Shown here one piece after another: positions 1 through 9,272 of a stretch of 64,000 bases of DNA; position 1 is the stretch's first letter, and every line of letters begins with the position of its first letter. The notes below the pieces were generated by a model. It made no database searches, was not told the DNA's origin, and was given only the letters and a program-made list of their open reading frames with translations. Origin of the DNA: Verrucomicrobiia bacterium (GTDB lineage: Bacteria; Verrucomicrobiota; Verrucomicrobiia; JADLBR01; JAIBCM01); NCBI GenBank assembly GCA_041395165.1, contig JAWLBA010000001.1, positions 200,068-264,067 on the forward strand, given 5' to 3'. The position numbers and the translations under genes were made by a program.

Positions 1-177
1 GATTTGGGAGCAACTGTTGTTGGCCAATCCATTGATTCGCGCGCCAGCTTGGAAAATGCTATGGAGACAGGCGCTGAAAAACTGGATCGGGTTTTTGATC
101 AATTAGAACAAGAAACACAAAGCGGCTTTAGAAAAGTAGAGAATTCTATTATAAATAATTCAGGTTGGGGAATGTAG
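1..177 (+). CDS. 3' end of an unidentified ORF entering from the left edge
   Basis: Frame 1 is open from base 1 to TAG at 175-177 (...DQLEQETQSGFRKVENSIINNSGWGM*). No recognisable domain in the 58-codon fragment. Confidence 0.35.
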   Translation, partial: DLGATVVGQSIDSRASLENAMETGAEKLDRVFDQLEQETQSGFRKVENSIINNSGWGM

Positions 178-256
178 ATTTTAGTCGATTTGCAGCATTC
201 GCTAACTTGACCGAATCTAGGTATTTTTTTTAATTAAGCCATCGATTGCCTGTCGG

Positions 257-286
257 TTGACGGATTGCCCTATTTTCGATTACACT
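257..286 (+). promoter_or_regulatory. Putative sigma70-like promoter of yebC (TTGACG, 17-18 nt spacer, TACACT)
   Basis: TTGACG at 257-262 and TACACT at 281-286. The yebC ATG (293) lies only 6 nt after the -10 box, so the mRNA would be leaderless or nearly so. Sequence match only. Confidence 0.25.
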
Positions 287-292
287 AGTGTC

Positions 293-1042
293 ATGGCAGG
301 ACATTCACATTGGGCAAAAATCAAACGGGCGAAAGGTGCATCGGATGCGAAGAAAGGAAAACTCTTTGGCCGATTAGCTCGGGAAATTTCGATGGCAACC
401 AAATTGGGGGGGGCCGATCCGGGATTTAATCCGCGATTGCGACAAGCCATTGCCAATGCCAAAGCTGAGTCGATGACGAATGATACCATTAATCGCGCGA
501 TTAAAAAAGGTTCAGGCGAATTAGGTGGGGAAAGTTATGAGGAAATGACTTACGAAGGCTATGGTCCTAGTGGAGTTGCTTTGCTCGTGGAAGCGACTAC
601 GGATAATAAAAATCGAACTGCGGCCGAAATTCGTAGTCTTTTTACAAAAAACGCAGGGAATATGAGTGCTCCGGGAAGTGTGGCATGGATGTTTCAACGT
701 AAAGGGCTGATTTTAATTCCGCAAAAATCGGTAACGGAAGAGCAAGTCGTGAATGCTGTATTGGAGGCGGGCGCTGAGGATGTGCAGTTGGGCGATGAAA
801 ATTTCGAAGTGACAACGTTGCCGGAAAAATTGTATGCGGTAGAGGCCGAGTTGAGAAAAGCCAATTTGCCTGTGGAAAAAAGTCAATTCACTTATCTTTC
901 TACCAATCCGATGACGGTGAGCGATGAACAAGTTGCTCAACAAGTTTTACAATTGGTCGAGGCATTGGAAGATCATGACGATGTGCAAGCGGTTTATGCC
1001 AATAGCGAAATTGCTGATGAAGTTTTAGCGAGGTTGGTTTAA
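293..1042 (+). CDS. yebC: YebC/PmpR family DNA-binding transcriptional regulator
   Basis: Family-typical N-terminus MAGHSHWAKIKRAKGASDAKKGKLF, so the start was moved from the track's TTG at 257 to the ATG at 293. Full-length, about 250 aa. Confidence 0.9.
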   Translation: MAGHSHWAKIKRAKGASDAKKGKLFGRLAREISMATKLGGADPGFNPRLRQAIANAKAESMTNDTINRAIKKGSGELGGESYEEMTYEGYGPSGVALLVEATTDNKNRTAAEIRSLFTKNAGNMSAPGSVAWMFQRKGLILIPQKSVTEEQVVNAVLEAGAEDVQLGDENFEVTTLPEKLYAVEAELRKANLPVEKSQFTYLSTNPMTVSDEQVAQQVLQLVEALEDHDDVQAVYANSEIADEVLARLV

Positions 1043-1107
1043 GGGTTGGCGACTCCTGATTAATTTGCCTTTACGTTCTGAAAATTCTCGTCAATCTGCT
1101 GACACTT

Positions 1108-2208
1108 ATGATTATCGGCGTCCCTAAAGAAATTAAAGCACAAGAAAATCGAGTCGCCTTACTTCCCTCAGCGGCTTATCAACTCATTAAACGTGGCCAT
1201 CAAGTTTTGGTAGAGCGCAATGCCGGTGCTGGCTCAGGTTATCCGGATGAAGAATATGTGCGAGCTGGAGCCCAAATCATTGAGGAACATGCCACTGTTT
1301 TTGAAAAGGCGGAGATGATTGTCAAAGTTAAGGAGCCGCTCATTTCGGAATATAGTTTGTTGAGAAAAGGTCAGTTACTTTTTACTTATTTGCATTTAGC
1401 TGCGGCGCGACCGTTAACCGAAGCGTTAATAAAATCGGGATGCACGGCAGTAGCTTACGAAACGATTGAAGTCAATCGTCGTTTGCCTTTATTGGAACCG
1501 ATGAGCGAAATTGCTGGACGCATGTCGATTATTGTGGGCGGCTATTTTTTGGCCAAGCATCAGAGTGGCAAGGGTGTTTTACTCGGTGGCGTTCCGGGTG
1601 TATTACCGGGCAAAGTCGTGGTGATTGGTGGTGGCAGCTCGGGGATTAACGCAGCGCGTATGGCAACCGGGTTGGGTGCGGATGTTACCATTTTGGAAGT
1701 GGACGCCGAACGCATGCGCTTTTTAGATATCACTCTTCACACGGCTCACACGCTTTATTCGAGTGAAGCGCATGTGGAAGAATTGTTGCCTACGGTGGAT
1801 TTGTTAGTGGGTGCGGTTTTAGTGCCAGGCGCACGAGCTCCTAAGTTGATTACTCGTGATATGTTGAAACTTATGAAGCCTGGAACGGTACTGGTGGATA
1901 TTGCGATTGATCAAGGTGGTTGCGTTGAAACTTCACGACCTACGACGCACGAAGAGCCGGTTTATATGGAAGAAGGTGTTGTGCATTATTGTGTCGCCAA
2001 CATGCCGGGTGCTTATGCTCGCACGGCGACTCAAGCTTTGACCAATGCCACTTATCCTTACATTGAAAACTTAGCCGATAATGGATTAGCTAAAGCCTGT
2101 CAACGTCAACCTCAGCTAGTTGGTGGTGTTAATGTGCAAGACGGCAAAGTGACTTGTAAACCTGTTGCTGAAGCGTTTGGCATGACTTACGAAGTGCCGA
2201 AAGTTTAA
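1108..2208 (+). CDS. ald: Alanine dehydrogenase
   Basis: MIIGVPKEIKAQENRVALLP N-terminus, Rossmann motif VVVIGGGSSGINAA, 366 aa as typical for Ald. Confidence 0.9.
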   Translation: MIIGVPKEIKAQENRVALLPSAAYQLIKRGHQVLVERNAGAGSGYPDEEYVRAGAQIIEEHATVFEKAEMIVKVKEPLISEYSLLRKGQLLFTYLHLAAARPLTEALIKSGCTAVAYETIEVNRRLPLLEPMSEIAGRMSIIVGGYFLAKHQSGKGVLLGGVPGVLPGKVVVIGGGSSGINAARMATGLGADVTILEVDAERMRFLDITLHTAHTLYSSEAHVEELLPTVDLLVGAVLVPGARAPKLITRDMLKLMKPGTVLVDIAIDQGGCVETSRPTTHEEPVYMEEGVVHYCVANMPGAYARTATQALTNATYPYIENLADNGLAKACQRQPQLVGGVNVQDGKVTCKPVAEAFGMTYEVPKV

Positions 2209-2252
2209 AGATTTTTTAGCAGCTTTGAGTCAACAGAAATTTTGCGATATTT

Positions 2253-2957
2253 TTAATTAGGCCAGTAAAGAAAACGACCACAGTTTTCGCAACTTACCAT
2301 TTTATTTTGCGTTTTGCAGTCAAGCAACGTTTGGCTCATGAGAGTTAAATGGCATCCACCGCAAACGGTTCGATGTTCTATAGGCACAATGGCGTCGTCT
2401 TTGCTTTGAAGTAAACGCTCATAACGATTCAGAATATCTTCAGGAATATTTTTAAGATAAGCACTTCTTTCGGCGAGTAATTGGGTTAACTCTTTTTCTA
2501 CACCTTCCAGCTGATCTTTCATTTGATTGATTTGTTCCTGAAAAATTTTTTCTTTGGTGTTATTTTTTTTTGCTTCTTCATTCCAATGTGCTGTGGCTTG
2601 TTCGTATTGTTCCATCAGAACCAGTTCTTCGTCCTCTAAAGTGACAATGGATTTTTCTGCCTGCTCAATTTCGTGCAGTAGCGCGCTATATTCTTCATTC
2701 TTTCGAGTCTGTTGCAATTGTGTGCGTAATTTAAAAATGTGTTGCTGTTGGGTTTGTGCTTCGAGATCGAGTTTTTTTCGATTTGCTTCAATTTTTTGTG
2801 CCTCTAATTTTTGAGATTGTAGGCTTTGTTGTTGATGAGTGAGTTGTTGTTGGAGGCGAGTTTGTTCCAAAGGTAAATTTTGTTTTTGACGCTGCAACGC
2901 ACGAATTTTTTTATCGTGTTGTTGTAGGAGAAGAAGATGGTTTAGGGTTTCGAGCAT
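2253..2957 (-). CDS. Coiled-coil protein with C-terminal C4 zinc ribbon (COG1579/DUF164-like)
   Basis: Long Q/E/K-rich coiled coil followed by CGGCHLTL...CENCGRFLYW. Overlaps the ribE stop by 16 nt. Confidence 0.7.
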   Translation of the reverse strand: MLETLNHLLLLQQHDKKIRALQRQKQNLPLEQTRLQQQLTHQQQSLQSQKLEAQKIEANRKKLDLEAQTQQQHIFKLRTQLQQTRKNEEYSALLHEIEQAEKSIVTLEDEELVLMEQYEQATAHWNEEAKKNNTKEKIFQEQINQMKDQLEGVEKELTQLLAERSAYLKNIPEDILNRYERLLQSKDDAIVPIEHRTVCGGCHLTLMSQTLLDCKTQNKMVSCENCGRFLYWPN

Positions 2958-3553
2958 GCAGTGTGTGAGGTTAATATTTTTTCGGCATATTTGGCTAAAA
3001 GATCAAACTCTAAATTTACCTGATCTTTTATCTTTCGATAAGCTAAATTGGTGTGATTCCAAGTGTGGGGCACAATGCTCATTCGAATTTTTTCTGGCGA
3101 TGTTTCGGCGATGGTGAGACTGATGCCATCTATGGCGATGCAACCTTGATTAGCCGTGTAACGTTCGTAATTTTGAGGGATCGCAATTTCCAGATTCCAT
3201 TCGGTGGCCTGTTTTTCTAGCGCTAGAATACAGGCTGTTGTGTCCACATGGCCACTGACAAAGTGTCCTCCTAGATGAGTTGTAGGTTTAACCGCAGTTT
3301 CTAGGTTAACTCGGTGACCTGTTTCTAATTGTGAAAAATTGGTGCGAACCAAGGTTTCGTTTAGTAAATCAAAGGTGATTTGTTGATGATCTTGAATTTT
3401 TATTGCAGTTAAACAGCAGCCGTTTACGGCAACGCTGTCACCGATATTGAGTAAAGGAGCCATTTGAGGTGCTTGGATTACAAAATGAATTTGTGAAACC
3501 TCTTTTTTAAGGGCGATGACTTGGCCAACTTCTTCAATGAGTCCGGTGAACAT
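2942..3553 (-). CDS. ribE: Riboflavin synthase
   Basis: MFTGLIEEVGQV start and two lumazine-binding repeats (GDSVAVNGCCLT / GCIAIDGISLT). 203 aa. Confidence 0.9.
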   Translation of the reverse strand: MFTGLIEEVGQVIALKKEVSQIHFVIQAPQMAPLLNIGDSVAVNGCCLTAIKIQDHQQITFDLLNETLVRTNFSQLETGHRVNLETAVKPTTHLGGHFVSGHVDTTACILALEKQATEWNLEIAIPQNYERYTANQGCIAIDGISLTIAETSPEKIRMSIVPHTWNHTNLAYRKIKDQVNLEFDLLAKYAEKILTSHTACSKP

Positions 3554-4604
3554 AACCTTTTAATAATAGATCAGGGCCAATTTTTTCGCAGGAAAAATTT
3601 TTTAATGCGAGGCCTTTTTTTCCGAAATAGTGATTGGTGAAGAGAGCCAGCGTTTTGCCGCCGATCAGTTTGGGTGCGACAAAAAAAGCAATTTCATGAA
3701 CTAAATTAGCTTCGAAAGCGCTTGCAAGAAGTCGGCCGCCTCCTTCGAGCAAAACGCATGTAACTCCTTTTTTTCCGAGTTGTTTGAGAACATGGTTAAG
3801 AGATTGCTTTGTGAAAATAAGAGTGCGATCGCGATAGTGGTCGGTGAGAAGGTGAGCTTGAGCTGGGACGCGACCCGTGCGAGTCACTATCACGCGCCAA
3901 GGTTGAATTTTTTTTTGTGAAAGTTTTCCCAAACGTACGGTGAGTTGTGGATTGTCTGAGCGCACGGTTTCAGCGCCGACCATGATGGCATCGGCTCTGA
4001 GGCGATAAAAATGAGAGCGACGAATGGCTTCTGGGGAAGTAATCCGGCGAGAGTGATGTTTCGGGTGTGGTGCAATTCTTCCGTCTAAACTCATCGCAAT
4101 TTTAGCGATGATCCAGGGTTGTCCAGTGGTGATCCAATGATTAAAAGCGTGATTTATCTCTGTGCATTCTTTAGCTAAAATGCCACGAGTAACTGAAATG
4201 CCATGTGCGCGAAGTTTTCGAAAGGCGCGACCAGCATGCAGCGGATTAGGATCGGTGGCGCCGATAACCACTCGAGCGATGCCACTTTGAATTATGGCAT
4301 CGACGCAAGGTGGAGTTTTGCCGTGGGTGGAGCAAGGTTCCAAGGTGACATAAAGAGTGCTATGGCGAACCGTTTTTTTCCGTTTTTTTGCATGGGCAAT
4401 CGCTAAAATTTCAGCATGATCTTTTCCTGCTTGTTGATGAAATCCTCTTCCAATTTCTCGATTGTTACTAACTAAAATGGCTCCCACGCAAGGATTGGGG
4501 TTGGTGAAACCCATGCCTTTTTTTGCTAGGACAATCGCACGACGCATCCAAATGGTGTCTTGGATTAAGGTTGGCGAGTTCATTCCAATCAAAGTTCGCC
4601 TCAT
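3534..4604 (-). CDS. ribD: Bifunctional riboflavin biosynthesis deaminase/reductase RibD
   Basis: CMP/dCMP deaminase zinc motifs HAEILAI and PCSTHGKTPPC, plus a C-terminal RibD reductase domain. The exact start (several Met) is uncertain. Confidence 0.88.
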   Translation of the reverse strand: MRRTLIGMNSPTLIQDTIWMRRAIVLAKKGMGFTNPNPCVGAILVSNNREIGRGFHQQAGKDHAEILAIAHAKKRKKTVRHSTLYVTLEPCSTHGKTPPCVDAIIQSGIARVVIGATDPNPLHAGRAFRKLRAHGISVTRGILAKECTEINHAFNHWITTGQPWIIAKIAMSLDGRIAPHPKHHSRRITSPEAIRRSHFYRLRADAIMVGAETVRSDNPQLTVRLGKLSQKKIQPWRVIVTRTGRVPAQAHLLTDHYRDRTLIFTKQSLNHVLKQLGKKGVTCVLLEGGGRLLASAFEANLVHEIAFFVAPKLIGGKTLALFTNHYFGKKGLALKNFSCEKIGPDLLLKGYVHRTH

Positions 4605-4607
4605 GAA

Positions 4608-6617
4608 TTATTGCAACATCTTTTCCAGATTTTTATCGGCTTTGACGCCCAAGTCGAGAGCTTGCTGGTAATGTTGATTAGCAATTTCTTTAGCGGGCGG
4701 TTTTTGTGAGGCATAAATAACGGCAAGATTAAAATGGGCTTCACCATAGTTGGGGTTAATCTCTAGTGCCTTGCGAATTTCTTGTTCCGCAACGGATAGC
4801 CAACCTTTTTGAGAGCAAGCGATGCCAAGATAGTTGCGGGTTTGAGGATCTTTGGGATCTAAGGTGACGGCACGTGTTAAGGTGTTGATGGCGTCGTCGT
4901 AACGTTGGGTCATGTAATAAACGATGCCTAGGATCGAGTGGGAAAAGCCGTCATTGGGTTCGTATTTCACAGCTTTGCTTAAAGTGGCTTCTGCTTCTTT
5001 ATATTTTGCTTGTTGGAAATAGACAACACCGAGGTTGGAAAGCGCGTAAACGTTGTCGGGATAGCGATCGAGAATTTCCTGAAATTTTTCTTCCGCTTTT
5101 TCATAGTTTTTTGTGTTGAAAAAGGCTTTGGCTTCTTTGGCAGTGGCTTCCATGGTGCGAGGAGGGAGTAGGGTGGGCCGAATTTCTTCATCGAGGTCTG
5201 GGGTATTATGGTTGCTGGCAATGGGCGTAGGCGCTGGTTGTTGAAGTAAAGAGAGTTCATTTTCTGAAAGCATCAAAGTGGGAGAAGCTAAAATTTCTAT
5301 TTGTTTAGTAAGGACTTGAGATTGAACTTTGAGTTGTTTTAATTCTTCGAGAGCAATTTTTTTGGCCGCTTCACGACGGGCTGCTTCTTTCATTTGGCGA
5401 TCGATAATGTTGCGTAAAACTTCATTTTCCTGTTGGAGCGAGTTGGCTTGAGCCGATAAGGTGTTGTTGCTGCTGGTTTGTTGGAGGGTGAGTTCCATGG
5501 TGAGGAATTTTTCTTTTTGGGCGTTGAGTTGTTCGCGCAGGGAAGAAACTGTTTTTTCGTATTCAGCATTTTGTGTTTCGGCACTAATTAATTGTTGTTT
5601 AATGCTTTCAAGCTGATTTTTTAAGGCGTCGACATCGGGATTGACAAGAGTGTTGGTATTGGGAGTGAGTTGAGCAGCAGTGGCTTTTAGTTTTTCATTG
5701 AGTTGTGCATTTTCTTCCAAGAGTTGTGTGACGCGTTGATCCATTTCTCCAGCGTGCAGGGTAGCGATTTCTTGCTGTGATTCTTCCAAAGTTTTTTTGG
5801 TGGTTTCGAGTTGTTCTTGAAGTTCAGCGAGCTGTTTTTCTTTAGCTGCCAAGGTTTCTTTTAAAGCGGCCAGATCGGTTTGGTCGGCTTCCTTACTGAC
5901 TTGCGATCCGGTTTTGAGAGCAGCGATCTCTTTTTCGGCTAAGGCGATTTTTTCTAAGAGACTTGCTTGTTCTTCTTGGTTTTGTTGATTTTCTTTTTTC
6001 GCCTCTTCAAGTTGTGTCGTTAATTTTTCGACACGTGAATCGGTAGTTTGTGAGGAAAGTTCTTGAAAATCTTTTTTGGCTTTGGTGAGTTGGCTCTGCA
6101 GAGTTTCGCGTTCGGCTTGATTGTCTTGCAATTGTTTTTGCAGTGTTGCTTGGTTGGTGCGATTTTCATTAAGCTCTTTTTGCAAATCGGCTAGGGAGGC
6201 GCGCGTTTGTTCAAGAGTTTTGCGCGTTTCTGCCAGTTGATTTTCCTGGCTCATAAGGGTTTCTCTTAAGTTTCTGACTTCTTCTGAGGAGCCGTTGGAG
6301 GGCACCAAACTAGGGGTAAGTGCGTTAGATTTGCCGCGCAAGGCATTGATTCGTTCACGACAAAATCGGCCGCGATAGTTGATTAAATCAGGTCGCCAGT
6401 CAGGGTAATCTTCTTTAATGCGATTGAGCAGGCTGTAGGAAAGTTGGTAGAGACGCAGGGCGTTGGAGGTGTCGCCACTTTTTTCGGATTTTTGAGCTTC
6501 TTGCAGTTGAAAATAGAATTGCAGGTAAAGATCGCCCGGATCGGCTGCCGTAAGCGTGCTTATTCCCAGGCTAAGCCATAAGCCAATGAAACAAGCAAGT
6601 CGATGAAAGTAACGCAC
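4608..6617 (-). CDS. Secreted coiled-coil / TPR repeat protein
   Basis: GTG start. Signal-peptide-like N-terminus (ACFIGLWLSLGISTLTAADPG), about 350 aa of Q/E/K/L coiled coil, and C-terminal TPR repeats (YALSNLGVVYFQQAKYKEA..., NYLGIACSQKGW...). Its stop lies 3 nt before the ribD start. Confidence 0.7.
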   Translation of the reverse strand: MRYFHRLACFIGLWLSLGISTLTAADPGDLYLQFYFQLQEAQKSEKSGDTSNALRLYQLSYSLLNRIKEDYPDWRPDLINYRGRFCRERINALRGKSNALTPSLVPSNGSSEEVRNLRETLMSQENQLAETRKTLEQTRASLADLQKELNENRTNQATLQKQLQDNQAERETLQSQLTKAKKDFQELSSQTTDSRVEKLTTQLEEAKKENQQNQEEQASLLEKIALAEKEIAALKTGSQVSKEADQTDLAALKETLAAKEKQLAELQEQLETTKKTLEESQQEIATLHAGEMDQRVTQLLEENAQLNEKLKATAAQLTPNTNTLVNPDVDALKNQLESIKQQLISAETQNAEYEKTVSSLREQLNAQKEKFLTMELTLQQTSSNNTLSAQANSLQQENEVLRNIIDRQMKEAARREAAKKIALEELKQLKVQSQVLTKQIEILASPTLMLSENELSLLQQPAPTPIASNHNTPDLDEEIRPTLLPPRTMEATAKEAKAFFNTKNYEKAEEKFQEILDRYPDNVYALSNLGVVYFQQAKYKEAEATLSKAVKYEPNDGFSHSILGIVYYMTQRYDDAINTLTRAVTLDPKDPQTRNYLGIACSQKGWLSVAEQEIRKALEINPNYGEAHFNLAVIYASQKPPAKEIANQHYQQALDLGVKADKNLEKMLQ

Positions 6618-6686
6618 TTTCTAATTTTAAGAGTAGTTGAGACGACCTGCAATGAGAAAAATTTTTTTGGCCCACGAAAAATAGAG

Positions 6687-6817
6687 TAGTGGTATCGTTT
6701 GGGTAACTATTTACTAAGCAATCCGTCAGCTGACGGATTGCGAAGGAGTAGCACAGCCTTCTAGGCTGTTACGGGCAAGATGCCCGTGCTACTTAATTTA
6801 CCCAAACGATATCACTA
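6687..6817. repeat. 131-nt nested-palindrome element (candidate structured RNA or MITE/ERIC-like element)
   Basis: Outer 20-bp stem 6687-6706 / 6798-6817 (19 Watson-Crick pairs plus one G-T pair that is G-U only on the + strand). Perfect 24-nt palindrome at 6718-6741 (gcaatccgtcagctgacggattgc). An 8-bp stem 6747-6754 / 6786-6793 encloses two small hairpins (6755-6767 and 6773-6785). An A8 run follows. Lies in the divergent intergenic region between the TPR gene and the CPBP gene. Confidence 0.5.
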
Positions 6818-6866
6818 AAAAAAACAGTTTGCCAAATGGCGATGAATTTCGTGTCATAGCAGTTGC

Positions 6867-7763
6867 ATGTCGCAACGTGTTTGTTCGTGGTGGTGGTTGG
6901 GGTTAGCCCCAGTGTTGGCAATTGTTTTGTCACCTTGGGTTTATCAAGGAGTACAAGGAATCAATGCTATATGGGAAGGGCCACAATGGTTGGAGGAGGT
7001 TTCGTTTCGTCGAGTTTTTAATCGAATTTTGTTGATTTTGGTGCTTTTTATTTTGATTCCTCTTTTGATTAAAAAAGGTTATCGGCGAGGAGCGGATTTT
7101 GGATTTCAGGGTAAGGATGGGAAGCAAAAATTGGGTTTCGGATTTTTGTTGGGTCTTGGATGCGTAGGGCTTTTGTTAGGGTGGCAGATGGTTTTTGGGA
7201 TTCGAGAATGGGATTTTGATTTGAAATGGGGTCAAGTTTTTAGCTTTTTCTTTTCAGCGATAATAGTGGCTTTTTTAGAAGAGCCTTTGTTTCGGGGGGT
7301 TTTTTTAAGGGAATTACGATTGCGTTTATCGGTAAGATGGGCGATTGGTGTGAGTGCTTTTGTTTTTGCTTCGCTGCATTTTTTGTCAACGGAAGGATTT
7401 AGTGAGGGTTATCGGGTGAGTTGGTATTCGGGTTGGGATTATGTATTGAGTGTGCCGGGTCATTTTTTTTCTGATTCTCGAAATGGGTTGCGTTGGATGA
7501 TTCTTTTTATGATTGGGCTTATTTTGGCGATGGGGGTTGTGTTGTTTCGTTCGATTTGGTGGGGGCTTGGGTTGCATGCGGGTTGGGTATTATCAATCAA
7601 AAGTGCTCCGGATTTGGTAAATTATATAAAAGGGCCTTGGAAGGGGTGGCTTCCTAAAAATTTATTAGATGGTGTGGATTGTTTGGTTTTGTTAGTTATT
7701 TTGTTTCTGGGTTTATTGTTATATGGCAAAAAAACTCGAAATACTTTGGGAACCGATCGTTGA
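6867..7763 (+). CDS. CPBP (CAAX/Abi) family intramembrane metalloprotease
   Basis: Multi-TM protein with family motifs EEPLFRG (EExxxR), FASLH (FxxxH) and a later GLHAGW histidine. Confidence 0.75.
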   Translation: MSQRVCSWWWLGLAPVLAIVLSPWVYQGVQGINAIWEGPQWLEEVSFRRVFNRILLILVLFILIPLLIKKGYRRGADFGFQGKDGKQKLGFGFLLGLGCVGLLLGWQMVFGIREWDFDLKWGQVFSFFFSAIIVAFLEEPLFRGVFLRELRLRLSVRWAIGVSAFVFASLHFLSTEGFSEGYRVSWYSGWDYVLSVPGHFFSDSRNGLRWMILFMIGLILAMGVVLFRSIWWGLGLHAGWVLSIKSAPDLVNYIKGPWKGWLPKNLLDGVDCLVLLVILFLGLLLYGKKTRNTLGTDR

Positions 7764-8397
7764 TCTGTTTTTTCCTAGGCCGCAAGTAAGGGAGGGTTGC
7801 TATGTTTTGCAGGCGCCTTTTTGCGATTGTTGTGGTCAGCCATTTGCTTGTTCCGAGACAAGTGGTTGGACGTGTTCGAATTGTTCGTCGATGGTTTGTT
7901 ATTTTGATCGGGCGCGCGCTTTTTATTTAAGTCGGGGTGCGGTGCGTGAGGCGATTCATCATTTTAAGTATGAAAGTCGATTTTGGTTAAGGATTGCTTT
8001 GGCGGAATGGTTGACGGAAGGTTTTTTTCGGTTTTTTAAAGATTCTCAATATCAAGCTTTGGTGCCGGTGCCTTTGTTTGGTCGGCGTAAACGATGGCGA
8101 GGATTTAATCAGGCTGAAATTTTGGCTCAAGGCCTTGCTAGAAAATCTAACCTGTGTATTTGGAATTGCTTACAAAGAATTCGAGAGACGGAAACGCAGA
8201 CGCATTTGGATCGACGTGAGCGTCAAAAGAATGTGCATAATGCTTTTCGCTTGGCAAAAGGCTATGAAGTTCGCGATAATGATTATCTGATGATTGATGA
8301 CGTGTTTACAACCGGTAGCACGGTCAACGAATGTGCGCGAGTGTTGAAAGAGCACGGCGCAAGAAAGGTAGATGTATTAACGATAGCACGCGGATGA
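7723..8397 (+). CDS. comF: ComF family phosphoribosyltransferase-domain protein
   Basis: N-terminal Cys-rich zinc-finger region (CDCCGQPF...CSNCSS) and PRTase motif LMIDDVFTTGSTV. Overlaps the upstream gene by 41 nt. Confidence 0.8.
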   Translation: MAKKLEILWEPIVDLFFPRPQVREGCYVLQAPFCDCCGQPFACSETSGWTCSNCSSMVCYFDRARAFYLSRGAVREAIHHFKYESRFWLRIALAEWLTEGFFRFFKDSQYQALVPVPLFGRRKRWRGFNQAEILAQGLARKSNLCIWNCLQRIRETETQTHLDRRERQKNVHNAFRLAKGYEVRDNDYLMIDDVFTTGSTVNECARVLKEHGARKVDVLTIARG

Positions 8398-9248
8398 AAA
8401 CTTCCACTATTTTTAAAAAACCAACGTATCAAACGCCATTGGTAACAGTTGCTAAGAAGAAAGAAATTCCCGAAGGGCTTTGCACGAAATGTTCTTCGTG
8501 TGGGGAAATGATTTTTAATCAGCAGTTGGAAGAGAATTTTTTTGTTTGTCCGAAGTGTGATTATCATTTTGCGATGGATCCTTATTTGCGTTTGGAAAGT
8601 TTGTTGGATCCCGGGACGTTTGAGCAGTGCGATAGTAATTTGCGTGCTGCCAATGCATTGGAGTTCCCCAATTATTCGGAGCGTTTGGATGCGGAATGGA
8701 AAAAGGGCAGGCGCTCGGATTCCGTAATTGCAGGGGTGGGGATGTTGGAGAACCAGGAGGTTTCGGTTGACGTGATGGATTTTTCTTTTTTGGGTGGAAG
8801 CATGGGTGTGGTGGCGGGTGAAAAATTGACACGCGCAGTGGAGCGTGGTTTGGAAAAGAAAGTGCCAGTGATTATTTTTTCATGTTCGGGCGGGGCGCGA
8901 ATGCATGAAGGGTGTTTTAGTTTGATGCAGATGGCAAAGGTGAGTGGGGCCTTGTTGAGATTGTCGCAAGCTCAATTGCCTTATATTTCTGTTTTGCTGA
9001 ATCCGACAACAGGTGGGGTGACAGCGAGTTATGCTACGTTGGGAGATTTGATTATTTCGGAGCCGGGCGCGATGATTGGTTTTGCTGGACCGCGCGTGAT
9101 TAAGGAGACGACGAGGCAAGATTTGCCGAAAGGGTTTCAAACCGCTGAATTTCTTTTGGCGCACGGCTTGGTTGATAAAATTGTGCCTCGAAAACAGATG
9201 CGTAGTATGTTGGCAAAGTTTTTACGTTATTTTTTAGTCCACGCGTAA
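8394..9248 (+). CDS. accD: Acetyl-CoA carboxylase carboxyltransferase beta subunit
   Basis: Zinc ribbon CTKCSSCGEMI...CPKCDYHF and a carboxyltransferase domain (GGSMG, SGGARMHEG). Start set at the ATG that forms an ATGA overlap with the comF stop (8394-8397) rather than the track's 8331. Confidence 0.9.
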   Translation: MKTSTIFKKPTYQTPLVTVAKKKEIPEGLCTKCSSCGEMIFNQQLEENFFVCPKCDYHFAMDPYLRLESLLDPGTFEQCDSNLRAANALEFPNYSERLDAEWKKGRRSDSVIAGVGMLENQEVSVDVMDFSFLGGSMGVVAGEKLTRAVERGLEKKVPVIIFSCSGGARMHEGCFSLMQMAKVSGALLRLSQAQLPYISVLLNPTTGGVTASYATLGDLIISEPGAMIGFAGPRVIKETTRQDLPKGFQTAEFLLAHGLVDKIVPRKQMRSMLAKFLRYFLVHA

Positions 9249-9272
9249 TTCGTTTTTTTCTTTTTTAAATTC

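Noticed and set aside
6618-6866. FMN (RFN) riboswitch upstream of the operon that contains ribD-ribE.
   Set aside because: The conserved RFN segments as I remember them are absent on both strands. The first gene of the operon is a coiled-coil/TPR protein, and ribD starts 3 nt after its stop with no leader.
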